NCBI GenBank assembly: GCA_045598385.1
Contig: JAZLLY010000016.1
Coordinates: 146,000 to 209,999, forward strand
DNA length: 64,000 bases
Reading direction: 5' to 3'
Source: Eubacteriales bacterium
GTDB lineage: Bacteria; Bacillota; Clostridia; Oscillospirales; CAG-272
Under the pieces are notes generated by a model. It was not told the origin of the DNA. It made no database searches and saw only the letters and a list, made by a program, of their open reading frames with translations. Position 1 is the first letter of the stretch. Every line of letters begins with the position of its first letter. Of this stretch, positions 55,701-63,209 are shown one piece after another. The position numbers and the translations under genes are program-made.

Positions 55701-57443
55701 GTTCTCCGCAACCGCCGCCTTAACGAGATAAACTCCCGCCTCGGTCGGAAACGAATAGCGAAAATCAAAAGAACCCTCCGCGGCAAAAAAGAACCGCACT
55801 TCCCCGTAAGCCGCTTTTGCCTCGATTTCAGGTTCGTTCCCGAGATAGCAAACGCCCGCTTTCAGGGCAACGAGCCATCGGTTTTCCGCTTTTTTGATCT
55901 CATAGTAAAGCGTCGTTTCTTTACTCGTCCCGTCCTCCCATACCGTATTATCCGGATCCGTCAGAGCCAACGTATAAGGGTAAAAACCTGCGTTTATCCC
56001 CGCCATGTTCGAAACGAGGATATAATCCGCCGATGCGGGAAACGACGCTTTGTGTTCCTCTTGGTCGTAAACGTAAGACACCGACGTCGGAAACGCCACG
56101 GTTTTCGGCAATACCGTGACCTCGACCGGCGGGGTCGTTACCGTGACGCTCTCCGCGCCGTAAGTGAACGTTACTTCACAGGTATAGCTGCCGCTGTCCA
56201 TTACGTCCCGGATCCTGATGACGCCCGAAGACGCGGGGATCGTTTCACTGTCTTTTTTCCATACGAACGAAAAAAAGCCATATTCCGAAAGAGGATGCGT
56301 AAGCGATGAAAACGTGAAATCGTGCGTCAGTCCGTCGTATATGAAAGGCGAAGAAAAAATGGAAAAAGTCGGCGCGTCAAGACGATATTTGGCTTCCACG
56401 TCGAGACTCCGCTCTTCGGTCCCGAGAAACGGAACGTTCGTGCCTTTTTGATACCACCCCAAAAAAGTATAACCGGGCTTTTCGGTGTTCGTGCTTATAT
56501 CCGACGGCGAAAAAGAAAAATCAATGAGCATTTCCTTCAGTTCTCCGTCCGCAAAAACACGGAGCGTGTAAGGCAGACAGACGGCAAGAACGTCCGTCTC
56601 GTCCGTATAATCGGATTTTTCAAAATATGACAGAGAAACGGCGACACCACCGGCGTCATAGTAAGAGATTCTCTCCTCCGCTCCCTTTTCGGCGCGGTAT
56701 GCGGCGACGGCAAAATCGCCGACGGCGTAGGTCTTCATACTGAGGATCGAGATCACGCCCGCAAACGGAACGCCGTCTGCACTGAGCAATGGGGGCTCCG
56801 AAAGTTTGATCCCCACGAAAGCGGACGAAACGACGGGCTCGCCCGAGAGGATCACGGTGCCGTAAGAAACGACCGCCGCTTCCGCATCCGAGGTGATCAC
56901 TCCGCCCGTGACCTTTACCGTTCCCTGCGTCGCCACGACGGAAAAATCGGAAGAAGACAGAGAACCCGAAAGGAAGATAAAGGATGACGACGCGGAGAAA
57001 TCCTGTCTCACCGCCGTTTTATCCGCCGTTATCACGCTGTCAAAAACCGTAAGACTCCCGCCTTTAACATGAAAATAACCGTCGGACTGTAAATAAACAT
57101 TTGCATTGTTTAAGGTTAATTCCGTCTCCTCCGCAATATGAAGCGGCGCGGCAAGCGTCCACGATCCAGCGATGGAATACGCCCCGTCCGGAAGAGTCAG
57201 GGCAGAACTCACGCTTACGTCTTCCCCTACGATATGGGAAAAGGGCTTGTCCGAGCAAAAAGAAAACGCTTCCTCAATATCTCCGAAAAAGACTTCTTCC
57301 CCGTTCTGCGTCACGGTGACTGCCGTTTCGCTTCCTTTTATTACATAAACCGCGGACTCGTCCGCTTCGACCGCCGACGCCGTGATCAACAGTACACCGA
57401 TCGCCATCGACAGGGAAAGTCCGATCTTTTTCAGCAGATACAT
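52773..57443 (-). CDS. Giant cell-surface repeat protein (MBG / Ig-like repeats) with C-terminal TM anchor and cytoplasmic uL15-like domain
   Basis: It has a signal peptide (MYLLKKIGLSLSMAIGVLLITASAVEA) followed by approx 1300 aa of repeated beta-type modules. These include YTFLGWY and recurring ..Y(E/K)(V/T)P.P....T(I/V)LPLP(V/I)..DW.....Y(S/D)GE segments. A TM helix (LLTVFGILSVLSAVCILY, nt approx 53312..53375) precedes a 190-aa tail that ends in an L15-like sequence. Confidence 0.85.
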   Translation of the reverse strand: MYLLKKIGLSLSMAIGVLLITASAVEADESAVYVIKGSETAVTVTQNGEEVFFGDIEEAFSFCSDKPFSHIVGEDVSVSSALTLPDGAYSIAGSWTLAAPLHIAEETELTLNNANVYLQSDGYFHVKGGSLTVFDSVITADKTAVRQDFSASSSFIFLSGSLSSSDFSVVATQGTVKVTGGVITSDAEAAVVSYGTVILSGEPVVSSAFVGIKLSEPPLLSADGVPFAGVISILSMKTYAVGDFAVAAYRAEKGAEERISYYDAGGVAVSLSYFEKSDYTDETDVLAVCLPYTLRVFADGELKEMLIDFSFSPSDISTNTEKPGYTFLGWYQKGTNVPFLGTEERSLDVEAKYRLDAPTFSIFSSPFIYDGLTHDFTFSSLTHPLSEYGFFSFVWKKDSETIPASSGVIRIRDVMDSGSYTCEVTFTYGAESVTVTTPPVEVTVLPKTVAFPTSVSYVYDQEEHKASFPASADYILVSNMAGINAGFYPYTLALTDPDNTVWEDGTSKETTLYYEIKKAENRWLVALKAGVCYLGNEPEIEAKAAYGEVRFFFAAEGSFDFRYSFPTEAGVYLVKAAVAENGNYYGLESEALSFVLAPVTVVGLRVCELPFRTEYAAFDIFDPDGLSVVATYADGSMKPVDNGDLSFRYRTKDAFAFGDTFVTATLDSVFVAIPVTVRKAVYNMAEISFSDTETVFNGEWQTLSIDGSLGIGTESCPFCVSYVGGGIHAGTYEISAVFSTEDPNYEVPKPLSAVLTILPLPVEADWDATGLCYSGEVNLPKVRCIGLLGEELPYRLSGGGIDAGEYEATLTLLTGDYVLTNPRFTYSVLKAAFDLSRLCPSCVAVPYDGGEKSSVLTGVPAGLSVAGYVNAVGTDAGVYHASASFTFDTKNYESVGTFSWNWEILPADYDLSTFSFDLTPVVFDGEAHVPAILGTLPTGADGSVLSLAFEDSVTHAAENVPLTVYFHTESLNYKTPEPTVVFFTVLPLPITVDWGETVFVYDGERHVPGATGIVPIVVSEGAIYAGEYTATATSADPDYAVENDRIGFSVKKAENGWLVPFSVGDFYADSEPVIGGIPKKGEMTVTYYTDAACLSAVTELTAGQYYAKAAVAELRNYEALESEAVPFSVFSVVAVSLSATLTKEDYFGGETLFDEDVILTLLFNSGKDRILSLSEVSVNYENAEYLTVFDRTVGFTFGGLSCEAPIAVKKTVIALPEFSAEYSGETKSAEVAGDEPYEIVGEIFAVPAGEYALTLRLKDADNYAFEGTDDPTVTATFRVTPRKLTVKIADVFLYRDGVYGETDFELVSGTLADGDTLSLAFVYGETVTAIGHNPDYEIEVIDGRIIETSALSAAGKRKRTALLTVFGILSVLSAVCILYRKKNGNNAVTPTPDGFPAELPATFGNSQKVTGKRYSAAVVPGTVRLPSLRLEEIVKEILASVDKEHADELISDGFARHLLNRKKEKIVTFGKRKCILNLDTVNAHFENGSRVDINVLKAKGLLPYDCGYVKILARGTIGKQLYVYADDFSLQAVKMIALTGGIAVRVTTVSKKFSAQ

Positions 57444-57472
57444 GGCTCTATCTCCCGCTATGTTTTTGGTAA

Positions 57473-57500
57473 ATTATACCATATTTTAACGGTATTTCAA
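57473..57500 (-). promoter_or_regulatory. Candidate sigma-A promoter of the giant surface-protein gene
   Basis: The minus strand reads TTGAAA (57500..57495), a 16-nt spacer, then TATAAT (57478..57473), preceded by TGG (extended -10). RBS is GGGAG, 8 nt before the ATG. Confidence 0.55.
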
Positions 57501-57534
57501 TCGGTTTTCCATGTCAACATTTCGGAGCAAAGCG

Positions 57535-57571
57535 ACAAAAAAGCGGAGAAAACCCGACGGGTTTTCTCCGC
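57535..57571 (-). terminator. Rho-independent terminator after the trx / FTR-like operon
   Basis: The minus strand reads GCGGAGAAAACC-CGTCG-GGTTTTCTCCGC (12-bp stem) followed by TTTTTTGTC. Confidence 0.85.
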
Positions 57572-57611
57572 TGTACAGAAAATGACAATTCCTTTTCTTC
57601 GCAACAGAAAA

Positions 57612-57809
57612 TTACTTTTCTTTATAGTAAAGCATACAATGACAGTATCCCTCAAAGAGAGGATCGTTTATTTGCTCTCTGAACTCTTTACACATACATT
57701 TCGTGTCTTCCGTCATTTCCCGGCGACAGGGACAGTATCCGCCCCTCTCCTTCAGCCCTTCTTTGACGATCCTGACGATCTCTTCATTTTCGTTCAGACG
57801 GATCTTCAT
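57612..57809 (-). CDS. Ferredoxin:thioredoxin reductase catalytic-subunit-like protein (65 aa)
   Basis: GGYCPCRREMTEDTKCMCKEFREQINDPLFEGYCHCMLY carries a CPC...CxC...CHC cysteine pattern like the FTR catalytic chain (4Fe-4S plus redox disulfide). An ATGA overlap links it to the thioredoxin gene. Confidence 0.7.
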   Translation of the reverse strand: MKIRLNENEEIVRIVKEGLKERGGYCPCRREMTEDTKCMCKEFREQINDPLFEGYCHCMLYYKEK

Positions 57810-58117
57810 ACGTTTTCCTTAATCATGCTTTCGAGTTTTTCTTTCGGAACGTAGCCGACCGAAAAATCCGCGAACGTCCCGTTCTTCACAAACGCGATCA
57901 TAGGGATACTGTCAACGTGGAACATCTCGGCGATCTCCCTTTCGTTGTCCACGTTCACTTTGCAGAACTTCACCTGCGGATTCTCTTTCTCAAGCGCCTC
58001 TATCGTCGGGGCGAGCATCCGGCAAGGTCCGCACCAATCGGCGTAAAGATCAATGACGGCGAGCCCCTCGTATTCTTCGATCTCGGCGTTAAAATTATCT
58101 TTGGTCAAAACGGTCAT
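57806..58117 (-). CDS. trxA: Thioredoxin
   Basis: VIDLYADWCGPCRMLAP contains the WCGPC active site. The protein is 103 aa. Confidence 0.95.
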   Translation of the reverse strand: MTVLTKDNFNAEIEEYEGLAVIDLYADWCGPCRMLAPTIEALEKENPQVKFCKVNVDNEREIAEMFHVDSIPMIAFVKNGTFADFSVGYVPKEKLESMIKENV

Positions 58118-58136
58118 TTTCTTATCCTCCGCGTAC

Positions 58137-58165
58137 AGTATACCATAATATCGTTTTTTTGTAAA
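58137..58165 (-). promoter_or_regulatory. Candidate sigma-A promoter of trx / FTR-like operon
   Basis: The minus strand reads TTTACA (58165..58160), a 17-nt spacer, then TATACT (58142..58137), preceded by TGG. GGAGG lies 8 nt before the ATG. Confidence 0.55.
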
Positions 58166-58475
58166 GAATTATCCCGGATATTTATATTCTTATATTCTTT
58201 TCATTGTTTTTCTTGCACTTTTCCTTGCAAAATATCATAAAATACGAATTATACGAATTATTTTGTCATAAAATGCAAGTCTATCTATTTTTCTTGCAGA
58301 AATAATTCTTTATTCTGACCTGTTTTTTGGAATGATCCGAGAATTAATATCAATATTTGCAATTATTTCAAAAACCGAAAAAAGTAAAGGCGGTTTTCTT
58401 GACGACATTTTCCGGTCCGCTATGTTACAATGGATATCACCACTTTGTAATACCCCAAAAGGAGACACCGTAGCC

Positions 58476-58754
58476 ATGCGCGAGCAAACGTACGTGACCG
58501 TCTTTTCCGAAGAACGCAGAAAAGACGGGTGCTTTTATCAATACCGCCTTTTATCCAGAAAAGACGATAATGAAGAAATATATTCCCTCTTTGCCATTAT
58601 GAAAACCTCAAGCGGTGAAGAAACTTCCGCGATGGCGTACGACGTTTTTCGCTCGCTTGAGCAGGCGCGGGCGTTTTTCCTTCGGATCGTCTCTTTCCTG
58701 GCGACACCGATCAATCTTCCCTACGTCGTGGAGGACGAGATTTCGTCCTTCTGA
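58476..58754 (+). CDS. Hypothetical small protein (92 aa)
   Basis: The ATG at 58476 is preceded by AAAAGGAGACACCGTAGCC. The protein reads MREQTYVTVFSEERRKDGCFYQYRLLSRKDDNEEIYSLFAIMKTSSGEETSAMAYDVFRSLEQARAFFLRIV.... The family was not recognised. The 5' 48 codons of the track ORF have no support. Confidence 0.55.
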   Translation: MREQTYVTVFSEERRKDGCFYQYRLLSRKDDNEEIYSLFAIMKTSSGEETSAMAYDVFRSLEQARAFFLRIVSFLATPINLPYVVEDEISSF

Positions 58755-58766
58755 ACTTTTCTTGCG

Positions 58767-58795
58767 GGCGGTGAATGCCATCGCCTTTTTCTTTT
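58767..58795 (+). terminator. Rho-independent terminator
   Basis: GGCGGTG-AATGC-CATCGCC (7 bp including one G-U) followed by TTTTTCTTTT. Confidence 0.6.
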
Positions 58796-58898
58796 ATCGT
58801 TTCCCGTTTTCAAAAATAATTTCAAAAAATCTCCATTTTCCGAATAAATACCGAAGCCCGGGGCAATCCTTTCTTATCAAACCGAAAGGATAAACCCA

Positions 58899-59495
58899 AT
58901 GAAAAACATAGTAATCGGCGCGTTCTCGCTCCTGTTTTCCGCGTTTCTTTTTCTTTTTCTCCCGACGGAGGCGGACGCCGCCATCTACGACGACACCTTA
59001 CGCCTGCACGTACTCGCAAACTCCGATTCCGACTTCGATCAGTCTCTGAAACTCTCGGTGCGTGACTATCTTCTCCTAACATTTGCCGATGCGCTCTGCG
59101 CCGAAGACCTCGAAACGGCGAAAACAAAAGCGCAGGCGCTGATCCCCGAAATGGAAACGGCAGTCGACGAGAAGCTCGCCGAGGCGGGCGTCGATTATCG
59201 CTGCCGTATCACGCTGACGGAAGAAACGTACGACACGCGCACTTATGACGATTTCTCGATGCCGGGCGGGCGTTATCTCTCCTTGCGCGTCATCCTCGGC
59301 GAGGGAGACGGCAAAAACTGGTGGTGCGTCATGTATCCGCCGATGTGTCTCGACCTTTGCTGTGCGGAACCCCTCGAAGAGATCGCCTATACGGAAGAAG
59401 AGATGCGTCTGATCTCGGACGACGACTATGTGATCCGCTTCAAACTTCTCGAGGTCGCCTCCGAGATCGGAGAGAAAATGCGTAAAAAGAATTGA
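58899..59495 (+). CDS. spoIIR: Stage II sporulation protein R
   Basis: A signal/TM segment is followed by LRLHVLANSDSDFDQSLKLSVRDYLL and GDGKNWWCVMYPPMCL, both SpoIIR hallmarks. Confidence 0.92.
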   Translation: MKNIVIGAFSLLFSAFLFLFLPTEADAAIYDDTLRLHVLANSDSDFDQSLKLSVRDYLLLTFADALCAEDLETAKTKAQALIPEMETAVDEKLAEAGVDYRCRITLTEETYDTRTYDDFSMPGGRYLSLRVILGEGDGKNWWCVMYPPMCLDLCCAEPLEEIAYTEEEMRLISDDDYVIRFKLLEVASEIGEKMRKKN

Positions 59496-59520
59496 CTTCC
59501 CGCGCTTTTCATGCTACAAT
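59492..59520 (+). promoter_or_regulatory. Sigma-A promoter of smpB
   Basis: TTGACT (59492..59497), a 17-nt spacer, then TACAAT (59515..59520), preceded by TGC. The -35 overlaps the spoIIR stop codon. Confidence 0.6.
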
Positions 59521-59550
59521 GTCCCTACCGAAAAAGAAAGGTAGCGCGTT

Positions 59551-60033
59551 ATGTCGGAAGAAAAGCACGCGGGAAAAATCATCGCCGAAAACAGAAAAGC
59601 GCGGCACGATTACTTCGTCGAAGAAGTATTCGAGACCGGGATCGCGCTTTACGGGACGGAAGTCAAATCCGTCAGAGCCGGGAACGTCAATCTCAAGGAT
59701 TCGTACTGTTCAATAGTGAACGGCGAGATTTTCGCCCTTAATATTCATATTTCCCCTTACGAGCAGGGAAACATTTTCAACAAAGAACCGCTCCGTGACA
59801 AAAAACTGCTGATGCACAAAAAAGAGATCGTCAAGCTGATCGGTCTGACGACGCGCGAGGGTTATACACTCATCCCGCTTTCCCTCTATTTCAAAGGGAA
59901 GCACGTCAAAGTCGCTCTCGGTCTCTGCCGCGGTAAGAAAGCGTACGATAAGCGCGACAGCATCGCCAAGCGTGACGCCGAAAGACTCATCGACCGTCAC
60001 ATGAAAGAAAGTTCCCACGACAGGTACGACTGA
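59551..60033 (+). CDS. smpB: SsrA-binding protein SmpB
   Basis: [42 protein letters not shown]...LLMHKKEI is the SmpB signature. Confidence 0.96.
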   Translation: MSEEKHAGKIIAENRKARHDYFVEEVFETGIALYGTEVKSVRAGNVNLKDSYCSIVNGEIFALNIHISPYEQGNIFNKEPLRDKKLLMHKKEIVKLIGLTTREGYTLIPLSLYFKGKHVKVALGLCRGKKAYDKRDSIAKRDAERLIDRHMKESSHDRYD

Positions 60034-60045
60034 TTTCCCGGAAAT

Positions 60046-60084
60046 ATAAAAACAGCGAATGGCTTCATTCGCTGTTTTTGTTTT
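60046..60084. terminator. Bidirectional terminator between smpB (+) and the pseudouridine synthase gene (-)
   Basis: AAAAA-CAGCGAATG-GCTT-CATTCGCTG-TTTTTGTTTT. The 9-bp stem is perfect, with a T-run in both readings. Confidence 0.85.
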
Positions 60085-60098
60085 GCCGTTTTTGGTTT

Positions 60099-60713
60099 TC
60101 AAGACTCGTTTTTGGTTTGCAAAAGAGATAATTCATCCTCCGTTAGAGGACGGTAAGTACCCGGAAGAAGATCGGGATCGAGAGTGACGCCGCCGACGGC
60201 GACGCGCTTGAGATACACGATATAACAACCGACGCAGCGGATCATCCGCTTGACCTGGTGCTTCTTTCCCTCGCTGATCGTAAGCGTCGCCGAAAAAACG
60301 GGCGTATGCGGGTGTTTTTTCGCTCTTTTGGCTTCGTCCTCGGTGAGATATTCCGCAACTTCAAAGAGAGTGCAGACCGAAAGTGGCGAAAACTTCGCCG
60401 GTTTCGTCAAAGAACGTCCCATGTCGATCGAAATACCCTCTTCGAGTTTTCGGATCTTTTCATCCGTCATTTCACCGATCGCATAGAAAAAATAGGTTTT
60501 TTCCACGTGATGTTTCGGATGCATCAACGCATCGCACCACTTGCCGTCGTCGGTGAAAAACAAAAGCCCCTCGGTATCCTTATCCAGTCTTCCGACGGGA
60601 AAAAGATCCGCTTTGTCCTCTTCTTTGACATAATCAAAAACGGTTTTGTGCCGCGCGTCGGCTGTCGCGGTGATACAGCCGCGCGGTTTGTGGAACATAA
60701 AATATCTTGCCAT
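60099..60713 (-). CDS. RsuA/RluF-family pseudouridine synthase lacking the S4 domain
   Basis: MFHKPRGCI, VGRLDKDTEGLLFFTDDG (catalytic Asp) and GKKHQVKRM. It starts 3 nt after the cadA stop. Confidence 0.85.
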   Translation of the reverse strand: MARYFMFHKPRGCITATADARHKTVFDYVKEEDKADLFPVGRLDKDTEGLLFFTDDGKWCDALMHPKHHVEKTYFFYAIGEMTDEKIRKLEEGISIDMGRSLTKPAKFSPLSVCTLFEVAEYLTEDEAKRAKKHPHTPVFSATLTISEGKKHQVKRMIRCVGCYIVYLKRVAVGGVTLDPDLLPGTYRPLTEDELSLLQTKNES

Positions 60714-60716
60714 ACG

Positions 60717-62576
60717 TCACGCTTTCAGCGCCCGGCAGGCGTTCAGAACGTCAAGGACACAAACGCCGACGTCGGCAAAGACCGCCAGCCACATTCCGCC
60801 GAAAGCGTCGAGAAGACCGGTGGCGGCGAGCGCCAGGATCCCGAGTTTGACGGTGAGGGCAAAGGCGATATTCTCTCTGGCGATCCGGAGCGTTTTCCGC
60901 GCGACGCGGATGGCGACCGGCAATTTGTCGAGACGGTCTGACATCATCACGACGTCGGATGCCTCGATCGCGCTGTCCTGCCCGATCTTTCCCATGGAAA
61001 CGCCGACGTCCGCGAGCGCCAGAGCGGGCGCGTCGTTGATGCCGTCACCGACGTACATCAGAGTGCCGTCCGCGCCTTTTTGCATCTCTTCGAGTTTTTT
61101 GTATTTATCCTCGGGCGTCAGTTCGAATCCGATTTCGTCCATCCCGAGTTCTTTTCCAACGGCGAGCGCCATCTCCTTTCGGTCTCCCGAAAGCAAAGCG
61201 GTCTTTTTCACCCCGAGTTTTTTGAGTTCTCCGATCGTTTCGGCGGCTTCCGGCTTCAGCGTATCGGAAACGGCGATATAACCCTCGTAACTGCCGTCAA
61301 CGGCGATGAGGACGCGGCTCTCGGAAAAGGTACCGTTTTCCGGCACGGATACGGAATACCGCTTGAAAAGTTTTTCATTACCGGCAAGCACGACCTGTCC
61401 TTTCACCTCCGCGCGGATGCCCGCTCCGGGGATCTCGGTGACCGTCGCCGGTACTTCGGGATCCTTTACGGCGCCGCGAAGACAAACGGCGATCGGATGC
61501 CCCGAATAGTATTCTGCCGAAGCGGCAACGGCAAGCAGCCGCTCCGCTGTCAGACGCCGGGGCTTCACTTCACTGATCCGGAAGGACCCTGCCGTCAGCG
61601 TCCCCGTCTTGTCGAAAGCGACGGCAAAAACGCGGGAAACGGCGGAAAACGTATTCCCACCCTTGAATAAAACGCCGAGACGAGCCGCACCGCCGATCCC
61701 GCAGAAAAACGTCAGAGGAACCGAAATAAGAAGCGCGCAGGGACAGGATATAACCAGAAACATCAAAGCGCGGTAAACCGAAGTTTTGACGTTCAGAATC
61801 CCGAAAAGCGGCGGAATGAGCGCGATCAGCAGCGCCGCCGCCACGACGGCAGGGGTATAGATCCGCGAAAACTTCGTAATGAACCTTTCTTCTTTCGATT
61901 TTCTCTCCGAAGCGTCTTCAACAAGCTCGAGCACCCGCGCCGCCGCGGAATTGTCCGCCGTGTGTAAAACGGTACAGGTGAGAACGCCCGACAAAACGAG
62001 ATACCCGCTTTCGACGGTATCGCCGACGCCGAGATTTCTCGGGAGCGATTCGCCCGTCAGCGCCGAAGTGTCGATCCCGGCATCACCCCGGACGATCCTG
62101 CCGTCGAGGGGTATTCTCTCCCCCGTTCTGACGATAAATGTCTCTCCGATCCCGACGTCGTCGGCATCGACTTCTTCCGTTTTTCCGTCGCGGAGAACGC
62201 GCGCCGTATCGGGGCGTATATCCATAAGCGCCTTGATGGACGCCCGCGATCCCGCCACCGCGCGTTTTTCCAGCCATTCGCCGAAACGGTAAAAGATCAT
62301 GACCGCCGCGCCCTCGGAAAACTCACCGATGAAAAACGCGCCGATGGCGGCTATACTCATCAAAAACTTTTCGTCAAGAAAATCGCGTCGGCACAACCCG
62401 AGCACCGCGTCGCGGAAAACGGGAATACCGCAAATCAGAACCGAAAATCCGAAAAGAACGGCGGAAACGAGAGGAGCCCCCGTCCGTCCGAAGATGAATC
62501 CGCCGATCAGAAGGATCAACGAAATCGCGGGCGCGAAAAGGGGCTTTTTGACGATTTTTAAGATCTTGTCAACCAT
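60717..62576 (-). CDS. cadA: Heavy-metal (Cd/Zn/Co-type) translocating P1B-ATPase without an N-terminal metal-binding domain
   Basis: TGESLP, the transmembrane CPC motif (VISCPCALLIS), the phosphorylation site DKTGTLT and the hinge VGDGINDAP. Confidence 0.92.
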   Translation of the reverse strand: MVDKILKIVKKPLFAPAISLILLIGGFIFGRTGAPLVSAVLFGFSVLICGIPVFRDAVLGLCRRDFLDEKFLMSIAAIGAFFIGEFSEGAAVMIFYRFGEWLEKRAVAGSRASIKALMDIRPDTARVLRDGKTEEVDADDVGIGETFIVRTGERIPLDGRIVRGDAGIDTSALTGESLPRNLGVGDTVESGYLVLSGVLTCTVLHTADNSAAARVLELVEDASERKSKEERFITKFSRIYTPAVVAAALLIALIPPLFGILNVKTSVYRALMFLVISCPCALLISVPLTFFCGIGGAARLGVLFKGGNTFSAVSRVFAVAFDKTGTLTAGSFRISEVKPRRLTAERLLAVAASAEYYSGHPIAVCLRGAVKDPEVPATVTEIPGAGIRAEVKGQVVLAGNEKLFKRYSVSVPENGTFSESRVLIAVDGSYEGYIAVSDTLKPEAAETIGELKKLGVKKTALLSGDRKEMALAVGKELGMDEIGFELTPEDKYKKLEEMQKGADGTLMYVGDGINDAPALALADVGVSMGKIGQDSAIEASDVVMMSDRLDKLPVAIRVARKTLRIARENIAFALTVKLGILALAATGLLDAFGGMWLAVFADVGVCVLDVLNACRALKA

Positions 62577-62579
62577 AAA

Positions 62580-62795
62580 TCACGCCGTGATCTTCACGCT
62601 TTTGGAAAACGCGAGACCGCATTTTCTGACGAGTGCCAACGTCTCTTCTTCACCGAGCGAGGTTTCCACCGTCAGTTTTTCGGTGAGAAAGTTGATCTTC
62701 GCGCTCTCGATGCCGTCCTCTTTTTCGATCATGGCGGAAAGTTTCGCCGCGCAGTTCGGGCAATCAAGCCCGGTGATGTCATATTTGAGTTTCAT
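62580..62795 (-). CDS. Stand-alone heavy-metal-associated (HMA) domain protein
   Basis: YDITGLDCPNCAAKLSAMIEKEDGIESAKINFLTEKLTV has an HMA fold with a CxxC site (GLDCPNC variant). It ends 3 nt before the ATPase start. Confidence 0.85.
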   Translation of the reverse strand: MKLKYDITGLDCPNCAAKLSAMIEKEDGIESAKINFLTEKLTVETSLGEEETLALVRKCGLAFSKSVKITA

Positions 62796-62806
62796 ACCGT
62801 TTCTCC

Positions 62807-63169
62807 TTATTTTTCTTCTTTGATGTGAGCGAGCGCCGTTTCGATGATAGAGCCCACGTGCTCGTCGGAAAGCGAATAAAAGACGTTCTTTCCGCTCTTT
62901 TTGTAAACGACGAGGTCATTCTGCCGCAGGATCTTCAGCTGATGCGAGACCGCCGATTTCGTCATGGACAAAAGTTCGGCAAGATCGCAGACGCACATGG
63001 CCGTTCCGTCCAACGCAAAAAGAATGCGCATTCTCGTACTGTCACCGAGAACTTTGAAAAAGTCGGAAAGATCCGTCAGGACGTTTTCGTCCGGCATCTT
63101 TCCCCTCTTCTCCCGCACCGCTTCCCCGTGGACTTCAAACGACGTGCAGACCGGGATTTCACGTTTCAT
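62807..63169 (-). CDS. ArsR/SmtB-family metal-sensing repressor (CadC-like)
   Basis: LGDSTRMRILFAL...MCVCDLAELLSMTKSAVSHQLKILRQNDLV has a winged HTH with the alpha-3 CVC metal site. Confidence 0.9.
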   Translation of the reverse strand: MKREIPVCTSFEVHGEAVREKRGKMPDENVLTDLSDFFKVLGDSTRMRILFALDGTAMCVCDLAELLSMTKSAVSHQLKILRQNDLVVYKKSGKNVFYSLSDEHVGSIIETALAHIKEEK

Positions 63170-63184
63170 AAAGACTCCTTTACG

Positions 63185-63202
63185 GTTGAACGGTTGTTCA
63201 AC
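63185..63202. promoter_or_regulatory. Candidate ArsR/SmtB operator (inverted repeat)
   Basis: GTTGAAC-GGTT-GTTCAAC is a perfect 7-4-7 palindrome located between the -10 box and the RBS of the arsR gene. Confidence 0.6.
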
Positions 63203-63209
63203 TGTTTAT

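Noticed and set aside
58211-58229. Possible sigma-54 promoter: TTGCAC-N6-TTGCA
   Set aside because: The -24 element requires GG (TGGCAC) and this sequence has TG. The spacing to the -12 TTGC is one nt too long. No enhancer-binding protein gene is nearby.
58399-58431. Sigma-A promoter TTGACG ... TACAAT upstream of the 92-aa gene
   Set aside because: The spacer is 21 nt. The alternative -10 TATGTT at 16 nt is weak. I left it uncalled, although the TGTTACAAT extended -10 may function on its own.
58755-58898. Sigma-F-type promoter for spoIIR (GAATA ... GGGGCAATCC)
   Set aside because: It matches only part of the remembered -35 / -10 patterns and the spacing is uncertain. It cannot be supported without a position weight matrix or start-site data.
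60034-60098. Expected tmRNA (ssrA) gene downstream of smpB
   Set aside because: Only 65 nt separate smpB from the convergent gene, and a terminator hairpin occupies them. There is no tRNA-like acceptor/T-arm or tag reading frame, so ssrA must be elsewhere.
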